Assembly (NCBI GenBank): GCA_003971905.1
Contig: RSEE01000023.1
Location: forward strand, 682,001 to 746,000
DNA length: 64,000 nucleotides
Direction of reading: 5' to 3'
From: Moniliella sp. 'wahieum'
Lineage: Eukaryota
The notes beneath the pieces were generated by a model. The model had not been told where the DNA came from. It was given only the letters and a program-made list of their open reading frames with translations, and searched no databases. A program made the translations under genes and the position numbers. Shown here one piece after another: positions 60,510 to 64,000 of the stretch (its first letter is position 1; each line of letters begins with the position of its first letter).

Positions 60510-63263
60510 ATGCCGCCCCCCCACCCCCGCCCACCCACCCAAATGCCGCAGAAGCGCACCCAGGCCGTCTTCGCTGCTGCCCCACCGCAGCCTGTCCCGG
60601 TCACGCTCGCTGTCATGTCGCGCTGCCCCGACGCCCACTTCTGCGAGGCCGTGTTTGACGAGGTGCTGCCCCTGGTGCCCACCAGCCACCTCGACCTGGC
60701 ACTCACCTACATTGGAACCCCCGACCCCGCTGCCACGTACGGCGTGCGATGCATGCACGGCGACGCCGAGTGTCGCGGCAACATCCATCAGCTTTGCGCA
60801 GCTCGCGCCTTGGCCCCTGTTCCCGGCGTTGCCGGCGTTCCAGACCACAACCGAGCACTATTGGACTTTGTCCTGTGCTCCAACTCGGACAAGGAATCCA
60901 TTGGACAAGACGCGGCCGCTGAGCGGTGCTGGGCTCAAAGCCAGCCCCACAGCATCCACACGTCCTTCCCCCCCTGGCACGCCATTCAATCTTGCGTCGA
61001 CGACCCGGCCCAAGGACAGGCACTTCTCCTGTCCAGTGTTATTGACACGTCTCGGCACAACGTTCGCTCCTCTTGCACCGTCCTCATCGACCACATTTCT
61101 CCCTCCTGTATCCGCGACGGGGAACTTGGCGCGACTGCCCGCCTGACGTAGGTACCGAGCCAAAGGATTTTGCCATGCAAATCGAGCAGGCTTGGCGCAA
61201 GCGAGTATCTCCCTTTGCCCAACAGTCGACCATCATTGAAGCTCCTTCATCCCATCTGTTCAAGCGCCAACCCCCTGATATGGTTCCGACGTCATCAGCG
61301 AACAATGACGATCCCCCCTCCCCCGTCGCCCCTGTGGGGACAACCTCCGCCTCCCGTCCGGGTGACAACTCCGACCAAGGGGACCACAAGTCAGGAGGTA
61401 CCAACCCTGCCATTTTGCGGGTGCCATTACAGGCGCTGTGGTTGCGATTATCATCGCAGTTGCTCTGTTGCGCTTTCTCCGCCGCCGTCGCACTGGCCAA
61501 TCCTTCTTCGGGTCAATCAGGACTCGAGCCCCGGCTTCCCGTGCTGCGCCGGCGGGTGCTACTGCACGTACGACCGGTGCAGCTACCGGGCGTGGTGGCG
61601 GTACAGATGCTACCACCCCTCGATCGGCCATCGTTACAGAGGATGACCCCTTGAAGCCACCCAAGCTGTGGGATGCCAAGGTTGCCGACTTTGATACTCT
61701 GGCCAAGCTAGGCTATGCCTATCCGGCTTCCGACAACAAGCAAACGGTCACCATGATTGGGACCGAATTGTGCCGGTAGCGGCCGCACTCTCTCCGCAAC
61801 TGTACCCCATCTTGTTTGCTGACCAGGACGAGAAGGCCACCGCTCACACATCGTCGACTTCCGCAGCTGGTACCACTGACGTCCGGCGCCGAGTCAAGTC
61901 GATGCGTGAGAGTCGCGCAGGCACAGGATCCGGTAGGGAGGATTCAGCGGTGGAGAATGAGGCGACACCTGCCAGTGTCATGTGACTGTGTTGATTGCGA
62001 TGCCGACGGAATCGACAGTGGTACCTTCTAGTTCGGAAGGAGATCTCCTTCCGGCTAGGCGGTGCAGATGCTTCAATCGGAAGCGGGTGTCGCGCCTCTA
62101 TCTGCTGGTCCAAGATGGCCGGCATGCTTCGATGCGTTCCACCCGCTCCAATCGCTCTTTCCGCTCGATTCGTTCTTCTGCCTCGGCTCGCTCGGTTGCC
62201 TCAGCGCGCCGGTCTGCCTTCTTTGGTGAGGATTATGATCCCGCCCTTGACCCTGCTGCCGACAAGGACGAGAAGAACAAGAACAAGATGCGAGTTGATC
62301 TAGTGGACACAGAGCCGTCTGGCGCTTGAGCGATGCTGGGTCTTCATCGGAGGATAACAAGGACAATGATGACGATACTATGACGAGGACGAAGACGCCG
62401 AGGCAGAGGGGATCCTTTCTGAGCTCATGTTTGGCACAGCCTCAGTACCGATCTATACGCTCGAATCCGCTTCCAACGCCAACCGGATTGGCTCGCGCTC
62501 CGGATCCGGGGTGTACACGGGCGGGTTCACCTACTCCTCTCGCGCGCCGCCTTCGCGAAACGACTTGTATGCATTGCTGGCCCGTGCGCAGGACGTGCGA
62601 GAGAACAAGCCCATCCCGCGGATGGACATTGCTGCGCCACAGGGGGAGTCTGCGCCTGACCATCCAGGGTCCCTCTTAGCACCCCTACAACGGGCTCCAC
62701 GCCGGTGCGCGTGCCTTCGACGTTGGGCACCTCGCTTGCCCCCGCGCGATCTGCAGTGGGGAGCATCCATTCCACCGCGCACCCGCTCGCCGCTTCGCCT
62801 CCGCCGCTTGCCACCTCTCCGCCGCCTATGGGACGGAACGCTTCCACCCGTTCCTCCCAGCCTCTCCAGCCACCTGCAAGTCCGGCTCGGTCGTTGCCCA
62901 CACGGGCGCTAGGGACCAGTTCGCCGCGCCAGTATCCCTCCCCGCCGCCCGGACACACCTTCCTCCCCTCCCCAACCCGTGGGCTGCCGTGCCCCCTGCA
63001 TCGTCGTCGCCTTCGCCGCTAGGTTCGTTGGGCGTCAGCGTGCCCTCGCGCTCGGCCTCTGGTGCGCCCGCACCGATCTTCGCGTGGTGGAGGAAGAAGA
63101 GCCAGCTAGCCCCGGTGTCGCCCAGCTTGCTGCTACGCCCCCCCTGGCCCGGCCGACGCTACGCCGGCTCAGCCGGCGCCTGAGACGGATCGCAGTTGGC
63201 TCGGCTCCTTGCAGTGAGTGGCGCCTCGGATGCAGCTCATGCTTCATGCTTCATGGCGCCTAG
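60510..63263 (+). CDS. GILT-like thiol reductase domain apparently continuous with a single-pass membrane protein and long disordered tail; may be two genes, ends approximate
   Basis: VTLAVMSRCPDAHFCE and GILT signature CMHGDAECRGNIHQLCA at about 60600-60800. TM segment AGAITGAVVAIIIAVALLRFLRRRR at about 61410-61490. Confidence 0.65.
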
Positions 63264-64000
63264 CGACGGCTCAGTGCACTCACTGTGTCACTTGTGCCCG
63301 CTTTGCCTGTTGGTTCAACCATCATGGCCTGATCCACTTTCTGTTGGCACGCCCCCCCCTCTCGCGCGCTCTCTCTCTCTTCTTACCGCCCGGACAATGT
63401 CGATGATGAGGGGAAACAAAAAGCCCTCGCCATATTACGACCGCTTTGGACATTAGTTGTTGATTAAAATTCCCCTCCTGTTGCCTATGCATGCATCTGT
63501 TGGACCGTTTGCGCCGGCCGGGGACGGAAGGGAGGGGGATGATCGATGAGGATGAGGGTACGTATATGTTTACGGTATGCAGAGAAGTGGCGTGCGGCAG
63601 CGCCTACATAGCGGCGGGATTTTACTGCTGCAGGGCCAAGCTCTGGATTGGTGTCCTTTGCTGGTATGGGTAAAACGTTAAGCTTCAAGGGGATGAAGTG
63701 GATGAGGGGAACGAGGGGAACGAGGAGAACGAGGCGGACGAGCTGCATGTTATGCAGAGGCCAATTCTAAGCGGCACCCTAACCCCTCGAAGCTCTTGCC
63801 GCTATGCTACGCCCCCACTCAGTACTCAACCCGATCGAGTTGGCACGATCCATGGGCAGGAAAGACACCAGTCCTAGCACAAGCCAGACAGCATGTCATA
63901 GTTTGACAAGGGCCACGGGTACCGATAAAATGCACCTCAGTCGGACAGACGCGTAATTTCTGCCCCCCACCCCCGCCTAACCTCCCTCCAATCCGGGAGA

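Noticed and set aside
1..64000. Pervasive frameshifts suggesting mass pseudogenisation or programmed frameshifting
   Set aside because: They hit core genes (SUB2, RPL24, LSM8, PIK1) whose motifs are otherwise intact, and are mostly single-base losses. Uncorrected sequencing error is far more likely.

Overview
This is eukaryotic, GC-rich, intron-containing DNA. The gene set and intron signals (GTRNGT...CTRAC...YAG) point to a basidiomycete fungus, plausibly Ustilaginomycotina (inference). Nearly every conserved gene, including SUB2, RPL24, LSM8 and PIK1, is broken by single-base indels. These are most likely uncorrected long-read errors, so CDS spans are approximate and were assembled by hand across frames. 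Recognisable genes in order: a candidate HD2/bW-type homeodomain gene, a DMT/SLC35F transporter, an APC amino-acid permease, cyclin C (SSN8), intron-containing tRNA-Asp(GTC), a PQ-loop protein, LSM8, ERV25, SUB2, a Crypton/Ndc10-type recombinase-derived gene with a GCR1_C domain, an RRM-like protein, a fatty-acid elongase, DPL1, PIK1, an Iec1-like C2H2 zinc finger, two tandem NYN-nuclease genes, RPL24, a CRAL-TRIO protein, a bZIP-DUF3425 factor, a Cdc25-like rhodanese phosphatase and a GILT-like gene. Four observations stand out. (1) The two NYN RNase paralogues carry about 4 and about 9-10 copies of a ~75-aa helical repeat, giving a MARF1-like layout. (2) The Crypton recombinase appears domesticated and catalytically altered, and sits head-to-head with SUB2. 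(3) Intergenic DNA throughout the window carries 7-bp-periodic T-N-A + 4-bp-palindrome arrays. (4) The bW-like homeodomain gene has no visible partner and reads His at the invariant Trp position.
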